Below are positions 42,020 to 62,789 of a DNA stretch of 64,000 bases, one piece after another (position 1 is the stretch's first letter; every line of letters begins with the position of its first letter). Below the pieces are notes generated by a model. It saw only the letters and a list, made by a program, of their open reading frames with translations. It was not told the DNA's origin and made no database searches. The DNA lies in assembly GCA_963796455.1 (NCBI GenBank), contig CAWCLO010000010.1, positions 224,001 through 288,000 on the forward strand. Reading direction: 5' to 3'. Source of the DNA: Candidatus Sulfomarinibacteraceae bacterium. GTDB taxonomy: Bacteria; Acidobacteriota; Thermoanaerobaculia; Thermoanaerobaculales; Sulfomarinibacteraceae. The position numbers were made by a program, and so were the translations under genes.

Positions 42020-42216
42020 ACACCTCCCTCGGCACGGCGCTCGTTGATCACCGTCAGCACACGGGCGATGTCCTTGCGGACCTCGCGGATCTTGATCGGG
42101 TTTTCAATCTGCCCCGTGGATTTCTGGAAGCGGAGCTTAAAAAGCTGCTCCTCGAGATCTCCCAGCGATTTGCGGAGCTCGTCATCCGAACGTTCACGAA
42201 ATTCTTTGGCGTTCAT
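42016..42216 (-). CDS. rpmC: 50S ribosomal protein L29
   Basis: [25 protein letters not shown]. Confidence 0.97.
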   Translation of the reverse strand: MNAKEFRERSDDELRKSLGDLEEQLFKLRFQKSTGQIENPIKIREVRKDIARVLTVINERRAEGGV

Positions 42217-42629
42217 AACTGGTCTTTCCTGGATACAAAACGGGTCTTGAGTGGCAACTTGTGGGCTGCAAGCCGCATTGCCTCACGCGCGATGTCCTCG
42301 CTGACCCCTTCCATTTCATAGAGAATGCGGGCCGGCTTGATCACCGCCACCCACTCCTCGGGGTTGCCCTTGCCCTTACCCATACGGGTTTCGAGCGGTT
42401 TCTTGGTCACTGGCTTGTCGGGAAAGATCCGGATCCAGATCTTTCCACCACGTTTGACGTGTCGGGTCATGGCGATACGGGCGGCCTCGATCTGACGGGC
42501 GGTAAGCCAACCACGTTCGATCGCCTGGAGCGCGTAGTCCCCAAAGCTGACCTTCGAACCGCGTCGTGCCAGCCCGCGGTTCTTACCGCGTTGCTGCTTT
42601 CTGTACTTGACCTTTTTCGGCATCAACAT
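42213..42629 (-). CDS. rplP: 50S ribosomal protein L16
   Basis: [19 protein letters not shown]. Confidence 0.98.
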   Translation of the reverse strand: MLMPKKVKYRKQQRGKNRGLARRGSKVSFGDYALQAIERGWLTARQIEAARIAMTRHVKRGGKIWIRIFPDKPVTKKPLETRMGKGKGNPEEWVAVIKPARILYEMEGVSEDIAREAMRLAAHKLPLKTRFVSRKDQL

Positions 42630-42638
42630 GATGACTCC

Positions 42639-43292
42639 TTAGACGCGGGGCCGGTTGGCGCGCGCGCGATGACGTTCGCCCCGGTAGACCCAGACCTTGA
42701 TCCCGATCACCCCGTAGGTGGTGTAGGCGGTCTTGAATCCATAGTCGATATCAGCTTTGAGGGTGTGAAGGGGGAGGCGCCCCTGCTGGTACCACTCGGC
42801 GCGTGCGATTTCCGCTCCATTGAGACGACCGGCGCAACGGATCTTGATTCCTTGCGCACCGAATCGAAGCGCATTCTCGATCGCCCGCCGCATGGCGCGA
42901 CGAAATGCGATCCGCCGCTCCAACTGACGCGCGACGTTGGCCGCAATCAGGTGGGCGTCGATCTCCGGGCGCTGGATCTCCTGAATATTGATGTGGATAT
43001 CCTGGCCGTAGCGACGCATGAGGTCGTCGCGCAGCTTGTCCACCTCGGCGCCCTTGCGGCCGATGATGATTCCCGGCCGCCCGGAGAGCACATTGACGCG
43101 CAACTTCGAGGCCGTTCGTTCGATATCAATCGCACTGACCGCTGCGTTCTCCAGCCGCTCCATCAGCTCCTGCCGAAGCTGCAGATCCTCGTGCAGGAGA
43201 TTCGCATAGTTCTTGCCGTCGGCGTACCAACGCGATCGCCAGGTGTTGTTGTAACCGAGGCGAAAACCGTAGGGGTGCGTTTTCTGTCCCAT
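42639..43292 (-). CDS. rpsC: 30S ribosomal protein S3
   Basis: [34 protein letters not shown]. Confidence 0.98.
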   Translation of the reverse strand: MGQKTHPYGFRLGYNNTWRSRWYADGKNYANLLHEDLQLRQELMERLENAAVSAIDIERTASKLRVNVLSGRPGIIIGRKGAEVDKLRDDLMRRYGQDIHINIQEIQRPEIDAHLIAANVARQLERRIAFRRAMRRAIENALRFGAQGIKIRCAGRLNGAEIARAEWYQQGRLPLHTLKADIDYGFKTAYTTYGVIGIKVWVYRGERHRARANRPRV

Positions 43293-43300
43293 TGCGTCTC

Positions 43301-43642
43301 CTATTCCTTGACCGAAAGCTCGACCGTGACGTGGCACATCCGTTTGAGGATGCGATGCATCCGGACCCACTTGGAGGCCGGACGGCCACGCTTCAGGCTG
43401 GGCCCGCCGTCGACGGTGATCTTGCTGATGAAGACCCGATCGACGTCAACGCCGGGTTGGGCCTGTTCGAGGTTAGCCAGCGCCGAGCGAACCAGCTTGG
43501 CGACATCCTTTGCCGCGTACTTGGGGCTCAGCTGCAACGTTGTGAGGGCCGGCTCGATCGCCTGACCGCGCACCATATCCACCACCAGCCGCACCTTTCG
43601 CGGCGAAGAGCGATAGTACCGAAGTTGAGCTCGCGAATCCAT
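43301..43642 (-). CDS. rplV: 50S ribosomal protein L22
   Basis: [19 protein letters not shown]. Confidence 0.96.
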   Translation of the reverse strand: MDSRAQLRYYRSSPRKVRLVVDMVRGQAIEPALTTLQLSPKYAAKDVAKLVRSALANLEQAQPGVDVDRVFISKITVDGGPSLKRGRPASKWVRMHRILKRMCHVTVELSVKE

Positions 43643-43651
43643 AGTGCCCTC

Positions 43652-43927
43652 CTATACGCCCTTCTCGCGGCGACCGGAGTGACCGCGGAAGGTCCTCGTC
43701 GGCGCGAACTCGCCGAGCTTGTGGCCCACCATGTTTTCGGTGATGAAGACCGGAACGAACTTGTGGCCGTTGTGAACTGCGATCGTCATTCCCACCATCA
43801 GCGGAGTCACCGTTGATCGACGCGACCAGGTCTTGATGACTCTGCGGTCGTCAGCCGAGGTGACGCCCTCGATTTTCTTGGCGAGGTGCTCGTCCACGAA
43901 CGGACCCTTCTTGATTGACCGTGCCAT
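43652..43927 (-). CDS. rpsS: 30S ribosomal protein S19
   Basis: [21 protein letters not shown]. Confidence 0.98.
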   Translation of the reverse strand: MARSIKKGPFVDEHLAKKIEGVTSADDRRVIKTWSRRSTVTPLMVGMTIAVHNGHKFVPVFITENMVGHKLGEFAPTRTFRGHSGRREKGV

Positions 43928-43936
43928 CTGCTCCCC

Positions 43937-44764
43937 CTACTTCTTCTTACGACGCGAGACGATGAGCCGATCCGAAGCATTTTTCTTGCTACGGGTCTTG
44001 GCGCCCTTGGTCGGCCAGCCCCACGGCGAAACCGGATGTCGGCCCTTGTTGCGGCCCTCACCGCCACCATGCGGGTGGTCGACGGGGTTCATGGCTGTGC
44101 CGCGAGTCTGCGGTCTGACACCGAGCCACCGCGAACGACCCGCTTTGCCGAGGGAGATGTTGCTGTGATCCGTGTTGCCGACCTGGCCGATCGTTGCCAT
44201 GCAGGTTGACAGCACCATGCGCATCTCACCCGACGGCATGCGGAGCGTGGTGTATTTGCCCTCTTTGGCCATGATCTGAGCCGATGTCCCGGCCGAACGG
44301 ACCATCTGGCCGCCCTTACCGGGTTTGAGCTCCACATTGTGGACCAGGGTGCCGAGAGGGATATTGCCGATGGGCATCGCATTGGCGGGCCTCACATCAA
44401 CCTTGTTACCGGCCACAACCCGATCGCCCACGGTCAACCCGACCGGAGCCAGGATGTATCTCTTCTCGCCGTCCGCATAGTGCAGGAGAGCGATATTGGC
44501 CGAGCGGTTGGGATCGTACTCGACGGTGGCGACACGCGCCGGAACATCGAGCTTGTTGCGCCGGAAATCGATGATCCGATAGCGCCGCTTGTGGCCTCTT
44601 CCGCGGTGGCGGGAGGTGATGTGGCCCTCCGCATTGCGTCCGGATGATCGCTTCTTGCCCTCGGTAAGTTTCTTGTGCGGACGATCGGTCGTCAGCTCCT
44701 GAAACTCCGAAGTCGTGACGAAGCGGCGCCCCGGAGAGGTCGGTTTGTATGACTTGATTGCCAT
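43937..44764 (-). CDS. rplB: 50S ribosomal protein L2
   Basis: [26 protein letters not shown]. Confidence 0.98.
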   Translation of the reverse strand: MAIKSYKPTSPGRRFVTTSEFQELTTDRPHKKLTEGKKRSSGRNAEGHITSRHRGRGHKRRYRIIDFRRNKLDVPARVATVEYDPNRSANIALLHYADGEKRYILAPVGLTVGDRVVAGNKVDVRPANAMPIGNIPLGTLVHNVELKPGKGGQMVRSAGTSAQIMAKEGKYTTLRMPSGEMRMVLSTCMATIGQVGNTDHSNISLGKAGRSRWLGVRPQTRGTAMNPVDHPHGGGEGRNKGRHPVSPWGWPTKGAKTRSKKNASDRLIVSRRKKK

Positions 44765-44774
44765 GACAGACTCC

Positions 44775-45068
44775 TCAGATTCCTTCGAAGAACTCGAGCG
44801 TCTTCGAGCCTTGAGCCAGGGTCACATAGGCCTTGCGGCTTGACGAACGGTGATTGACCGTACGTCCGTAGCGCAGAACCGGCTTGCCCTTGCGATTGAC
44901 AATGTGGACCCCCGTCACCTGGACGTCGAAGAGCTCCTCGACCGCCTTGCGAACCTGAATCTTGTTCGCTCTCTTGTCGACCTCGAAGCACACGGTGTTC
45001 TCGCGCTCCTGCATCAGGGTCGTTTTCTCAGTGATGAGAGGCCGCAGAATAATCTCGCGCGCCTTCAT
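44775..45068 (-). CDS. rplW: 50S ribosomal protein L23
   Basis: [24 protein letters not shown]. Confidence 0.97.
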   Translation of the reverse strand: MKAREIILRPLITEKTTLMQERENTVCFEVDKRANKIQVRKAVEELFDVQVTGVHIVNRKGKPVLRYGRTVNHRSSSRKAYVTLAQGSKTLEFFEGI

Positions 45069-45688
45069 GACAGCACCTCCGCGAGTGAACGAAGCGCCGG
45101 TTCCGACGCGAGGATCCAACGGTGGTTCAGCACCTCGTAGGTGTTCAAGGAACCGGCGTCGATCATCTTGATCTCGGGCCGGTTGCGACTCGCCAGATGG
45201 AGGTTGAGATTCTCCAACCCATCCACCAACAAAACCTTCTCACCGGCAACACCAAGCTTCTCCAAGCGTGCGAGAAATTCCTTGGTCTTGGGTGCGTCGA
45301 TTTCGAGCGAGCCCATCACCACCAGACGGCCTTCGGCAAGACGCTGCGACAGCACACCTCTGAGCGCTGCCCGGCGGGCCTTTTTGTTGACCTTTTGGGC
45401 ATACGACCGGGGCCGCGGTCCGTGGACCGTACCACCCGAGCGCCACAGCGGAGACTGGCGAGAACCAGCGCGTGCGCGACCGGTGCTCTTCTGCTTCCAG
45501 GGCTTCGACCGGGTGCCCTTGACATCCGAACGCTCCTTGGTCTTGTGCGTGCCGCGGCGGCGGCTCGCCAGATAGGCTCGAACCACTTCCCACACCAGGT
45601 GCTGGTTGACCTGATGGGCAAAGACCTCATCCGGGAGGTCGACATTGCCGACCACCTCGTTGTCCCAGTTTTTGACGTCAACCTTCAT
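45065..45688 (-). CDS. rplD: 50S ribosomal protein L4
   Basis: KPWKQKSTGRARAGS, GGTVHGPRPR. Confidence 0.97.
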   Translation of the reverse strand: MKVDVKNWDNEVVGNVDLPDEVFAHQVNQHLVWEVVRAYLASRRRGTHKTKERSDVKGTRSKPWKQKSTGRARAGSRQSPLWRSGGTVHGPRPRSYAQKVNKKARRAALRGVLSQRLAEGRLVVMGSLEIDAPKTKEFLARLEKLGVAGEKVLLVDGLENLNLHLASRNRPEIKMIDAGSLNTYEVLNHRWILASEPALRSLAEVLS

Positions 45689-45704
45689 GACTTTACCCAT
45701 CCCC

Positions 45705-46331
45705 TCATGAGGCCTTGACGATCCGGATGTAGCTGTTACGCGCACCCGGAACCCCGCCTTTGAGGAAAATCAGATTGCGCTCGGCATCGACTTTGACAAC
45801 GCGAGCGTTTTTGATTGTGGCTCTCTTGTTGCCCAGCTGTCCGGGCATCTTCTGCCCCGGGAAAACCCGCGACGGCCACGCCGATCGACCAATCGAGCCC
45901 GGCGCACGGTGAAACATGGAACCGTGGGTCGCCTTGCCGCCGCCGAAACCGTGGCGCTTGATCACGCCCTGGAATCCGCGGCCCTTGGAGCGACCGACCA
46001 CATGGACCGCGTCATCCGCATCGAAGATGTCCGCCAGTACCGAGTCGCCGGGCTTGGATTCATCACCCGAGTCAACCGGAACTTCAGCCACAAAACGTGT
46101 CGGCGGGACGCCGGCCGCTTTGAAATGCCCGGTTGTCGCCTTCGCCGCATTCTTGCGAGGCGTGCGTTCGACGAGGCCGATCTGAACCGCCTCGTAGCCG
46201 TCGACACCAGTCGATTTCTTCTGCACAACGATGCATGGCCCGGCTTCGACAACAGTCACCGGGACCACTCGTCCCTCGTCATCGAAGATCTGGGTCATGC
46301 CGACCTTTTTTCCGAGTATGCCGCGTACCAT
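45705..46331 (-). CDS. rplC: 50S ribosomal protein L3
   Basis: [20 protein letters not shown]. Confidence 0.98.
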   Translation of the reverse strand: MVRGILGKKVGMTQIFDDEGRVVPVTVVEAGPCIVVQKKSTGVDGYEAVQIGLVERTPRKNAAKATTGHFKAAGVPPTRFVAEVPVDSGDESKPGDSVLADIFDADDAVHVVGRSKGRGFQGVIKRHGFGGGKATHGSMFHRAPGSIGRSAWPSRVFPGQKMPGQLGNKRATIKNARVVKVDAERNLIFLKGGVPGARNSYIRIVKAS

Positions 46332-46335
46332 TGGA

Positions 46336-46656
46336 TCACCTCGCTCCGTAGGCCTTGATCTCGACGTCGACGCCCGCGGGCAGCTCGAGCTTCATCAAGG
46401 CATCAATGGTCTGTTGGGTCGGTTCGAGGATATCCAGCAGCCTCTTGTGGGTGCGGATTTCGAACTGCTCACGCGACTTCTTGTCCACGTGAGGTGAACG
46501 AAGCACGGTGAAGCGTTGGATATGGGTCGGCAGCGGAATCGGGCCCGCGATGCGGGCGCCGGTGCGCTGCGCGGTGTCGACGATCTCGGTCGCCGACTGA
46601 TCCAACAGACGGTAGTCGTACGCTTTCAGACGGATGCGGATCTTGTCGCTCGCCAT
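46336..46656 (-). CDS. rpsJ: 30S ribosomal protein S10
   Basis: [23 protein letters not shown]. Confidence 0.98.
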   Translation of the reverse strand: MASDKIRIRLKAYDYRLLDQSATEIVDTAQRTGARIAGPIPLPTHIQRFTVLRSPHVDKKSREQFEIRTHKRLLDILEPTQQTIDALMKLELPAGVDVEIKAYGAR

Positions 46657-46659
46657 CGT

Positions 46660-47853
<1,194 letters not shown>

Positions 47854-47866
47854 CGCTGCTGCCTCC

Positions 47867-49954
47867 TTAGGCCGTCATGCCCGTAACACGGGCGACGATC
47901 TCGTCCGCCTTGGCTTGCGGAACCTCGTCGTAGTGGTCGAACTGCATGCTGTATGTGGCCCGCCCCTGGGTCTGCGATCGCAGATCGGTGGCGTAACCGA
48001 ACATTTCGGAAAGTGGTACGTGAACTGTCGCGACCTGGAACCCGGCGCGCGATTCCATTCCGAGCACCCGCCCACGGCGGCGATTGAGATCGCCGATGAC
48101 ATCTCCGAGGTATTGCTCGGGGGTCACCGCTTCGACTTCCATCACCGGCTCCATCAACACCGCGTGTGCTTTCTTTGCGGCGTTCTGCAGGGCCATCGAC
48201 CCGGCGACCTTGAAGGCAAGCTCGGACGAGTCGACATCGTGAAAAGAACCATCAAACAGGGCCGCCCCGACACCCATGAGCTGATAGCCGGCGAGGACAC
48301 CACGGTCCATTGCCTCGCGGACGCCAATCTCGACGGGACGGATGAACTCCTTGGGGATCACGCCGCCGGTGATCTCGTTGACAAACTCGAACTCGGAACC
48401 ATCTCTCAAAGGCCAGATACGAAGCTTGACATGACCATACTGGCCGCGGCCCCCGGACTGACGCACGAAGAGCCCCTCAGCCTCGGATTCCCGGGTGATG
48501 GCCTCACGATAAGCGACCTGGGGACGACCAACCTTGGCGCCGATCTTGAACTCACGGGTGAGACGGTCGGAAATGATCTCGAGGTGGAGCTCGCCCATGC
48601 CCGAGATGATGGTCTGCCCCGTCTCCTCGTCGATCTTGACTCGGAAGGTCGGATCTTCTTGAGTGAGCTTGTCGAGAGCCGCGCCGAGCTGATCCTGGTC
48701 GGCTTTGGTGCGCGGTTCGATGGCCACCGAAATAACCGGTTCGGGGAACTGCATCGCTTCGAGGACGATCGGGTTCTTGCGGTCACAGATGGTGTCGCCG
48801 GTACCGGCATTGCGAAGACCGACCACCGCACAGATATCGCCGGCGAAGACCTCGGAGAGTTCCTCGCGTTTGTTGGCGTGCATCTTCAGCAGGCGCCCGA
48901 TGCGCTCTGATTTTCCGGTGGCCGCATTGCTCACCGAGGTCCCGGTCGCCACCTTGCCGGAGTAGATCCGAATAAAGGACAACTGACCGACAAAAGAGTC
49001 GTTCATGATCTTGAAGACAAGGGCCGCAAATGGTTCGTTGTCATCCGCCGGTCGGGTGTCGATCTTCTTGCCGTCCGGGCTCAAGCCCTCGATCGGCGGA
49101 ATATCCTCGGGCGACGGCAGGAAGTCCACCACCGCATCGAGCAGCGGTTGCACGCCGCGGTTTTTGAAGGCCGAACCGCACAGAACAGGAACCAGCGCGC
49201 CGGCAATGGTTCCCAGGCGCAGACCTTTGAGGATCTGCTCCTCGTCAAGGCTTCCGTCTGCCAGATATTTTTCGAGCAAATCTTCGGATGTTTCGGCAAT
49301 CGCCTCAAAGAGGCGCTCGCGATACTCCTCGACCTCACCACGATAGCTCTCCGGGATCTCTTCCTCGTGGTACTCGGCGCCCAGTGTTTCTTCGTGATAG
49401 TGGTAGGCCTTGAGCCTGACAATGTCGATCACGCCCGCAAAGTTCTCCTCGCTGCCGAGGGGAATCTGAACCGGAACCGGATTGGCCTTGAGCTTGCTCT
49501 GAATCTGATCGATCACACCGGCAAAGTTGGCGCCGGTGCGGTCCATTTTGTTGATAAAGGCCACTCGCGGCACCTGGTAACGATCAGCCTGGCGCCAGAC
49601 GGTTTCGGACTGGGGCTCGACTCCGCCGACCGCACAGAAAACCGCCACCGCGCCGTCGAGCACACGAAGGCTGCGCTCGACCTCGGCCGTGAAGTCGACA
49701 TGTCCGGGGGTATCGATGATGTTGATTCGGTGATCGCGCCAGAAACAGGTTGTCGCAGCGGAAGTGATCGTGATGCCCCGCTCCTGTTCCTGAGGCATCC
49801 AGTCCATGGTGGCGGTGCCGTCATGGACCTCACCGATCTTGTAATTGATGCCCGTGTAATACAGCACACGCTCGGTAGTCGTCGTCTTACCGGCATCAAT
49901 GTGGGCCATGATGCCGATATTCCGGACCTGAGCAAGTGGGATAATACGGGGCAT
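47867..49954 (-). CDS. fusA: Elongation factor G
   Basis: [28 protein letters not shown]; start re-called at MPRII. Confidence 0.98.
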   Translation of the reverse strand: MPRIIPLAQVRNIGIMAHIDAGKTTTTERVLYYTGINYKIGEVHDGTATMDWMPQEQERGITITSAATTCFWRDHRINIIDTPGHVDFTAEVERSLRVLDGAVAVFCAVGGVEPQSETVWRQADRYQVPRVAFINKMDRTGANFAGVIDQIQSKLKANPVPVQIPLGSEENFAGVIDIVRLKAYHYHEETLGAEYHEEEIPESYRGEVEEYRERLFEAIAETSEDLLEKYLADGSLDEEQILKGLRLGTIAGALVPVLCGSAFKNRGVQPLLDAVVDFLPSPEDIPPIEGLSPDGKKIDTRPADDNEPFAALVFKIMNDSFVGQLSFIRIYSGKVATGTSVSNAATGKSERIGRLLKMHANKREELSEVFAGDICAVVGLRNAGTGDTICDRKNPIVLEAMQFPEPVISVAIEPRTKADQDQLGAALDKLTQEDPTFRVKIDEETGQTIISGMGELHLEIISDRLTREFKIGAKVGRPQVAYREAITRESEAEGLFVRQSGGRGQYGHVKLRIWPLRDGSEFEFVNEITGGVIPKEFIRPVEIGVREAMDRGVLAGYQLMGVGAALFDGSFHDVDSSELAFKVAGSMALQNAAKKAHAVLMEPVMEVEAVTPEQYLGDVIGDLNRRRGRVLGMESRAGFQVATVHVPLSEMFGYATDLRSQTQGRATYSMQFDHYDEVPQAKADEIVARVTGMTA

Positions 49955-50006
49955 TTTTTCAAAGATCTCCTGCGCAACCCTGTCGTTTGTTCTGAACTGT
50001 TCTCCG

Positions 50007-50477
50007 CTACCAGCGATAGTGGGCAAAGGCTTTGTTCGCCTCGGCCATGCGATGGGTGTCATCGCGCTTTTTGATCGTTCCACCCCGATTCGAAGCCGCA
50101 TCGAGGAACTCGCTCGCGAACTTCTGAGTCATCGTCTGTTCATGGCGCGACTTGGCAAAACCGATCAGCCACCGGATGGCCAGAGCCTGCTGCCGATCCG
50201 AGCGCACCTCCATCGGAACCTGGTAAGTGGAGCCACCGACGCGGCGAGATTTGACCTCGACCTGCGGCTTGGCGTTTTCCACTGCGCGCTTGAAGACCTT
50301 GAGCGGGTCGTCGCCGGTCCGCTCTTCAATGAGGCTGAGCGCCCCGTAGAAAATCCGTTCCGCCACGGTCTTCTTGCCCTGAATCGTCACGTTGTTGATG
50401 AACTTCGTGACCAGGCGCGAATTGTAGACCGGGTCCGGAAGGACTCTTCGCTTGTCAATAGTTGCTCGCCGAGGCAT
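50007..50477 (-). CDS. rpsG: 30S ribosomal protein S7
   Basis: [25 protein letters not shown]. Confidence 0.98.
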   Translation of the reverse strand: MPRRATIDKRRVLPDPVYNSRLVTKFINNVTIQGKKTVAERIFYGALSLIEERTGDDPLKVFKRAVENAKPQVEVKSRRVGGSTYQVPMEVRSDRQQALAIRWLIGFAKSRHEQTMTQKFASEFLDAASNRGGTIKKRDDTHRMAEANKAFAHYRW

Positions 50478-50494
50478 GCGTTGCTCCCCCCGCC

Positions 50495-50869
50495 CTAGTT
50501 CTTCGGCCGCTTGGCGCCGTACTTCGAGCGGCGCTGGCGGCGACCCTCGACACCCTGGCTATCCATGGTGCCGCGGATGATGTGGTAGCGAACGCCCGGC
50601 AGATCCTTGACGCGGCCGCCGCGGATCATCACCTGCGAGTGCTCCTGCAGATTGTGGCCCTCACCCGGAATGTAGGCGGTGACCTCGATACCGTTGGTCA
50701 AGCGAACACGGGCCACCTTGCGGAGGGCCGAGTTCGGTTTTTTGGGCGTCGTCGTAAAGACACGCGTACAAACGCCTCGTCGCTGCGGACATGACTGCAG
50801 CGCCGGACTCTTGGTCTTTTCGGTTGCCACCTTGCGGCCCTGACGGACCAATTGCGAGATCGTCGGCAT
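50495..50869 (-). CDS. rpsL: 30S ribosomal protein S12
   Basis: [22 protein letters not shown]. Confidence 0.99.
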   Translation of the reverse strand: MPTISQLVRQGRKVATEKTKSPALQSCPQRRGVCTRVFTTTPKKPNSALRKVARVRLTNGIEVTAYIPGEGHNLQEHSQVMIRGGRVKDLPGVRYHIIRGTMDSQGVEGRRQRRSKYGAKRPKN

Positions 50870-50963
50870 GTTCGCTCCCTGTGTAATTCCATAAATCCAA
50901 GCGGATAGGCCACTTGGCTGTTTCCAGTGTGTACGAGCCCTGACCGTGAGTCAGAGCCGCGGA

Positions 50964-50992
50964 AGAATACCCAAGATGCCGCGTTCTGTCAA
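50964..50992 (-). promoter_or_regulatory. sigma70 promoter of the str operon (TTGACA-N17-TATTCT)
   Basis: Perfect -35, 17-nt spacer, near-consensus -10, about 95 nt upstream of rpsL. Confidence 0.75.
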
Positions 50993-51326
50993 GCGGTTCT
51001 AGGGCGTTTTCGGCACATCAGAACGTTTTTTCGCCACCGGAGGGTCTCGAAACTCGCTCCTCGATGCTCGATCACTGCTGTCCAAAACAAATCGTCAGGT
51101 CGAGTTGCCCGCTTGACAACAAGAGGTTTACGGGTCGGTTTTTGGCATTTCCGGTTCGCGGTTTGCCCGTACCGGTACCCGATCCAGAAATACAGCGGCA
51201 GCGACAGCTTCCAGCGACAGGGAGCAGCGATCAGTCTTTGTTAGTCTTCAGTGTTCAGTGTTCAGTGTTCAGTGTTCAGCGGCAGCGGCAGCGGCAGCGG
51301 CAGCGATCAGGAGTCCAGTCGGCGAA

Positions 51327-51466
51327 ATGGCCACCTCCGGGTCGTTCAACAGAAGGGGTAGCCGGTGGGCGGCCGATGTCAAGGACAGGCAGGGTGCAGG
51401 GCATCCTTGACATCGGCCACCACACCGGCTTGTGGGAAAGGGCATGAACGACCCGGAGGTGACCAT
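51327..51466 (+). promoter_or_regulatory. Nested stem-loop 5' leader sequestering the RBS and start codon of the four-helix gene
   Basis: ATGGCCACCTCCGGGTCGTTCA (51327-51348) pairs with TGAACGACCCGGAGGTGACCAT (51445-51466), 1 mismatch; inner perfect 15-bp stem 51371-51385/51404-51418. Confidence 0.75.
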
Positions 51467-51818
51467 GTCCTCAGCCGCCACGAACACCAACCTCGTTGCC
51501 CACTCGAAAGCCCTCGAAGCAGCAGGAATTGCGATCAAGCTCGTCATGAGGGTTCCAGCTCCGCTGAAGTCCATAGCCGATCAGGTGATCCGGTCGGCAA
51601 GTTCGGTCCCTGCGAATCTGGCGGAAGGGCACGGCCGAGTCGGTAGAGACCGGTCGAACCACTGGAGAATCGCCTACGCCTCGGCCAAAGAGGTCGACAG
51701 CCACTTGGAGCTCCTCGCCCATACCGGTGCGATCAGTCGGGATCGCGCCATTGAAGCGATGAACGCCTTCGATCAGGTCCGAGCGATGACCTGGCGGCTC
51801 TTGAACCCGACCAAGTAA
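51465..51818 (+). CDS. Four-helix-bundle protein (23S rRNA IVS protein / bAvd-like fold family)
   Basis: ADQVIRSASSVPANLAEGHGR...HWRIAYASAKEVDSHL matches the family signature (Q..R...S...NIAEG.GR...IA.GS..E); SD GGAGGT. Confidence 0.88.
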   Translation: MSSAATNTNLVAHSKALEAAGIAIKLVMRVPAPLKSIADQVIRSASSVPANLAEGHGRVGRDRSNHWRIAYASAKEVDSHLELLAHTGAISRDRAIEAMNAFDQVRAMTWRLLNPTK

Positions 51819-51992
51819 GGGCTGTTCGCCGACGCTGCCCCAGCCGCTGGTTGCTGACGCTGATGACTGAACACTGCCGCTGGCGACTGTTCGCTGCCGC
51901 TGCCCCGGGGCGCTGCCGCCGTCGCTGTCCCTGAACGCTGCCAGAGACTCTGTCTTGGACACGAAAAATCGGGTTTGGGCATCCAGCATCAG

Positions 51993-52020
51993 AAAAAAAG
52001 GGCCGCCCCGAAGGGCGGCC
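51993..52020 (-). terminator. Rho-independent terminator after rpoC
   Basis: GGCCGCCC-cgaa-GGGCGGCC (UUCG loop on the minus strand) with A7 tract. Confidence 0.88.
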
Positions 52021-52041
52021 GGGATTGATTTCGAGCGACGT

Positions 52042-56265
<4,224 letters not shown>

Positions 56266-56278
56266 GTGCAACCCCTTC

Positions 56279-60547
<4,269 letters not shown>

Positions 60548-60647
60548 GGACCTTCCCTTTCAACCAATAACGACACGGGGAGACAGAGCCTCCCCGCATC
60601 ATCAGGTGATGCTCTCAGAAACCAGGGACCGAATAGCGAAAGGCGCG

Positions 60648-61028
60648 TTACTTGATCTCCACCTGGGCGCCGGCCTCTTCGAACTTCTTCTTGACCTCTT
60701 CAGCCTCTTCTTTATTCACGGCTTCTTTGATCTTGGCGGGAGCGCTCTCGACCAACTCCTTGGCCTCTTTGAGACCCAGCGCGGTGACTTCGCGCACCGC
60801 TTTGATGACGTTGATCTTTTTGTCACCGATCGAGTTCAGGACGACGTCGAACTCGGTCTGCTCTTCGGCTGCTTCGGCAGCGGCACCAGGCATCGCACCC
60901 GCCATCATCATGGGGGCTGCAGCCGCTGCGGAGACACCGAATTCTTCCTCGATAGCCTTCACGAGCTCGTTGAGCTCGAGAACGGTCATCCCTTTGATCT
61001 CTTCCAACATTTTCTCAGTCGTAGCCAT
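60648..61028 (-). CDS. rplL: 50S ribosomal protein L7/L12
   Basis: [21 protein letters not shown]. Confidence 0.98.
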   Translation of the reverse strand: MATTEKMLEEIKGMTVLELNELVKAIEEEFGVSAAAAAPMMMAGAMPGAAAEAAEEQTEFDVVLNSIGDKKINVIKAVREVTALGLKEAKELVESAPAKIKEAVNKEEAEEVKKKFEEAGAQVEIK

Positions 61029-61041
61029 CGTCACATCCTCC

Positions 61042-61581
61042 TTAGGATTCTTGTGTTTCTTCGGTTTCGTTCTTTTCAGCGATCTGTCCGAGCACGGTGG
61101 CGAACTGTTGCAGCGGTGCATTCAGGGCCACCGCCAGGCGGCGCATCGGCGACTGCAGAAGCTGCAGCAGCTTGGCCACCAGTTCGTCGTGCGAAGGCAG
61201 ATCGGCGATCTTTTCCGCGTCCTTGCCCTCGAGGATCTGTCCCTCGAGGAAAGCCTGCTCAAAAGAGAGTTCCGGGTGGGTCTTGATAAAGCCCTTGAGG
61301 ACCTTGGCAAGAGCCACACCGTCACCTGCGGTCCAGGCCAGCACTTTCGGGCCGCTCAGGAAGGGTGTGATGCCCTCCATATCGGTGCCCTCGACCGCAA
61401 GCCGGACCACTGTGTTCTTTACAACCTTGTACGTCGCGTCTGTCTTCCGAACCTCCGAACGAAGGATGTTGACATCGTTGACGTTGAGTCCCCGGTTTTC
61501 GAGGAGAAAGAGCGTCGAGACATCCGACAACCTGTCGCGAAGCTCGAGCGACTGCTCGTGTTTCTGCTCCTTGGTCAGCAT
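61042..61581 (-). CDS. rplJ: 50S ribosomal protein L10
   Basis: [19 protein letters not shown]; position in operon. Confidence 0.96.
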   Translation of the reverse strand: MLTKEQKHEQSLELRDRLSDVSTLFLLENRGLNVNDVNILRSEVRKTDATYKVVKNTVVRLAVEGTDMEGITPFLSGPKVLAWTAGDGVALAKVLKGFIKTHPELSFEQAFLEGQILEGKDAEKIADLPSHDELVAKLLQLLQSPMRRLAVALNAPLQQFATVLGQIAEKNETEETQES

Positions 61582-61591
61582 CTTCCTCCTC

Positions 61592-62290
61592 CTATTTCAT
61601 ATCGAGGGTGCCGACATCCACTTGGATGCCCGGACCCATGGTCGAACACAGAAAAACGGTATGAACGTAACGCCCCTTTGCGGTCGCCGGTTTGGCCTTT
61701 TGGACCGCGGAAATCAGGCTGCGAGCGTTCTCGATCAGATTCTCGGCCGAGAAACTGACTTTGCCAACCGGGGCGTGAATGATCGCCGTACGGTCGACTC
61801 GAAACTCGACCTTACCGGCCTTGATGTCATTGACAGCAGCCGCGATCTCGGGCGTAACGGTTCCCGACTTGGGGTTTGGCATCAAACCCCGTGGACCGAG
61901 GACACGACCGACTTTCGAGAGATTCCTCATCATATCCGGGGTCGCCACGATGGCATCGATCTCGAGCCAACCACCCTGGATTTTTTCGATCGCCTCGTCG
62001 CCGGACATCACATGATCCGCTCCGGCGTCTTCGGCCTCTTTCTGCGCCGGGCCCTCACACACCGCTAGAACCCGGAGGCTCTTACCGGTGCCGTGAGGGA
62101 GAACAACCGTGCCGCGGACCATCTGGTCAGCATGGCGCGGATTGACCCCGAGCCTCATCGCCATCTCGACCGTCTCGTCGAAACCGGCAAAAGCGGTTTC
62201 CCGAACGAGACCGATCGCTTCTTCGAGCGGATACGGTCTGCGTTCGACTTTGGCGGCCGACTCACGAAACTTTTTACCCCTGCGGGCCAT
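61592..62290 (-). CDS. rplA: 50S ribosomal protein L1
   Basis: [24 protein letters not shown]. Confidence 0.98.
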   Translation of the reverse strand: MARRGKKFRESAAKVERRPYPLEEAIGLVRETAFAGFDETVEMAMRLGVNPRHADQMVRGTVVLPHGTGKSLRVLAVCEGPAQKEAEDAGADHVMSGDEAIEKIQGGWLEIDAIVATPDMMRNLSKVGRVLGPRGLMPNPKSGTVTPEIAAAVNDIKAGKVEFRVDRTAIIHAPVGKVSFSAENLIENARSLISAVQKAKPATAKGRYVHTVFLCSTMGPGIQVDVGTLDMK

Positions 62291-62780
62291 TGGCCACCTC
62301 CAGGTCTTCGCTATCACCGTCCGCCGCAGGCTCCTCGATCTCGATCACTCCGGCGGTCAGGCCGACATCGATGCCCATCGACCGGGCGGTCCCGAGGATG
62401 ATCTTGACTGCAGCCTCCAGCGTTTCGGCGTTGAGATCGACCATCTTGGTCTTTGCGATCTCTTCGACGTTGCTCTGGGTCACTGTTCCAACCTTGATCT
62501 TGTTTGGTTCACCCGAGCCCTTTTCGAGCCCGGCGGCCCGACGCAGCAGGAATGATGCCGGCGGAGTTTTGGTAATGAACGAGTACGTGCGGTCTGCGTA
62601 GACCGTGATTACAGCGGGAATAATGATTCCCTGTTCCTTCTGCGTGCGGGCGTTGAACGCCTTGCAGAAGTCCATGATGTTGAGTCCGTGTTGCCCCAGC
62701 GCAGGACCGACCGGCGGCGCTGGCGTCGCCTGCCCACCCGGCAGCTGGAGCTTGATTTCTCCGATGACTTTCTTAGCCAT
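62274..62780 (-). CDS. rplK: 50S ribosomal protein L11 with C-terminal extension overlapping rplA
   Basis: [26 protein letters not shown]. Confidence 0.97.
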   Translation of the reverse strand: MAKKVIGEIKLQLPGGQATPAPPVGPALGQHGLNIMDFCKAFNARTQKEQGIIIPAVITVYADRTYSFITKTPPASFLLRRAAGLEKGSGEPNKIKVGTVTQSNVEEIAKTKMVDLNAETLEAAVKIILGTARSMGIDVGLTAGVIEIEEPAADGDSEDLEVANGPQG

Positions 62781-62789
62781 GGTTTCTCC

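Larger units (their letters stand above)
51175..51990 (+). mobile_element. Repeat-flanked four-helix-bundle element (copy A, ORF-bearing)
   Basis: Left flank (TTCAGTG)x4 and (CAGCGG)x4; right flank rich in complementary CTGAACACTG/CGCTGCCGCTG; flank motifs shared with 24.3-24.6 kb and 28.0-28.4 kb; inserted antisense between the rpoC terminator and the rpsL promoter. Confidence 0.7.

Noticed and set aside
51113..51145. Plus-strand promoter for the four-helix element (TTGACA at 51113; also TTGACA at 12201)
   Set aside because: No acceptable -10 hexamer at 16-18 nt spacing.
51175..51990. Diversity-generating retroelement (Avd-like protein plus variable adhesins)
   Set aside because: No reverse transcriptase and no TR/VR pair differing at adenines was seen in the window.
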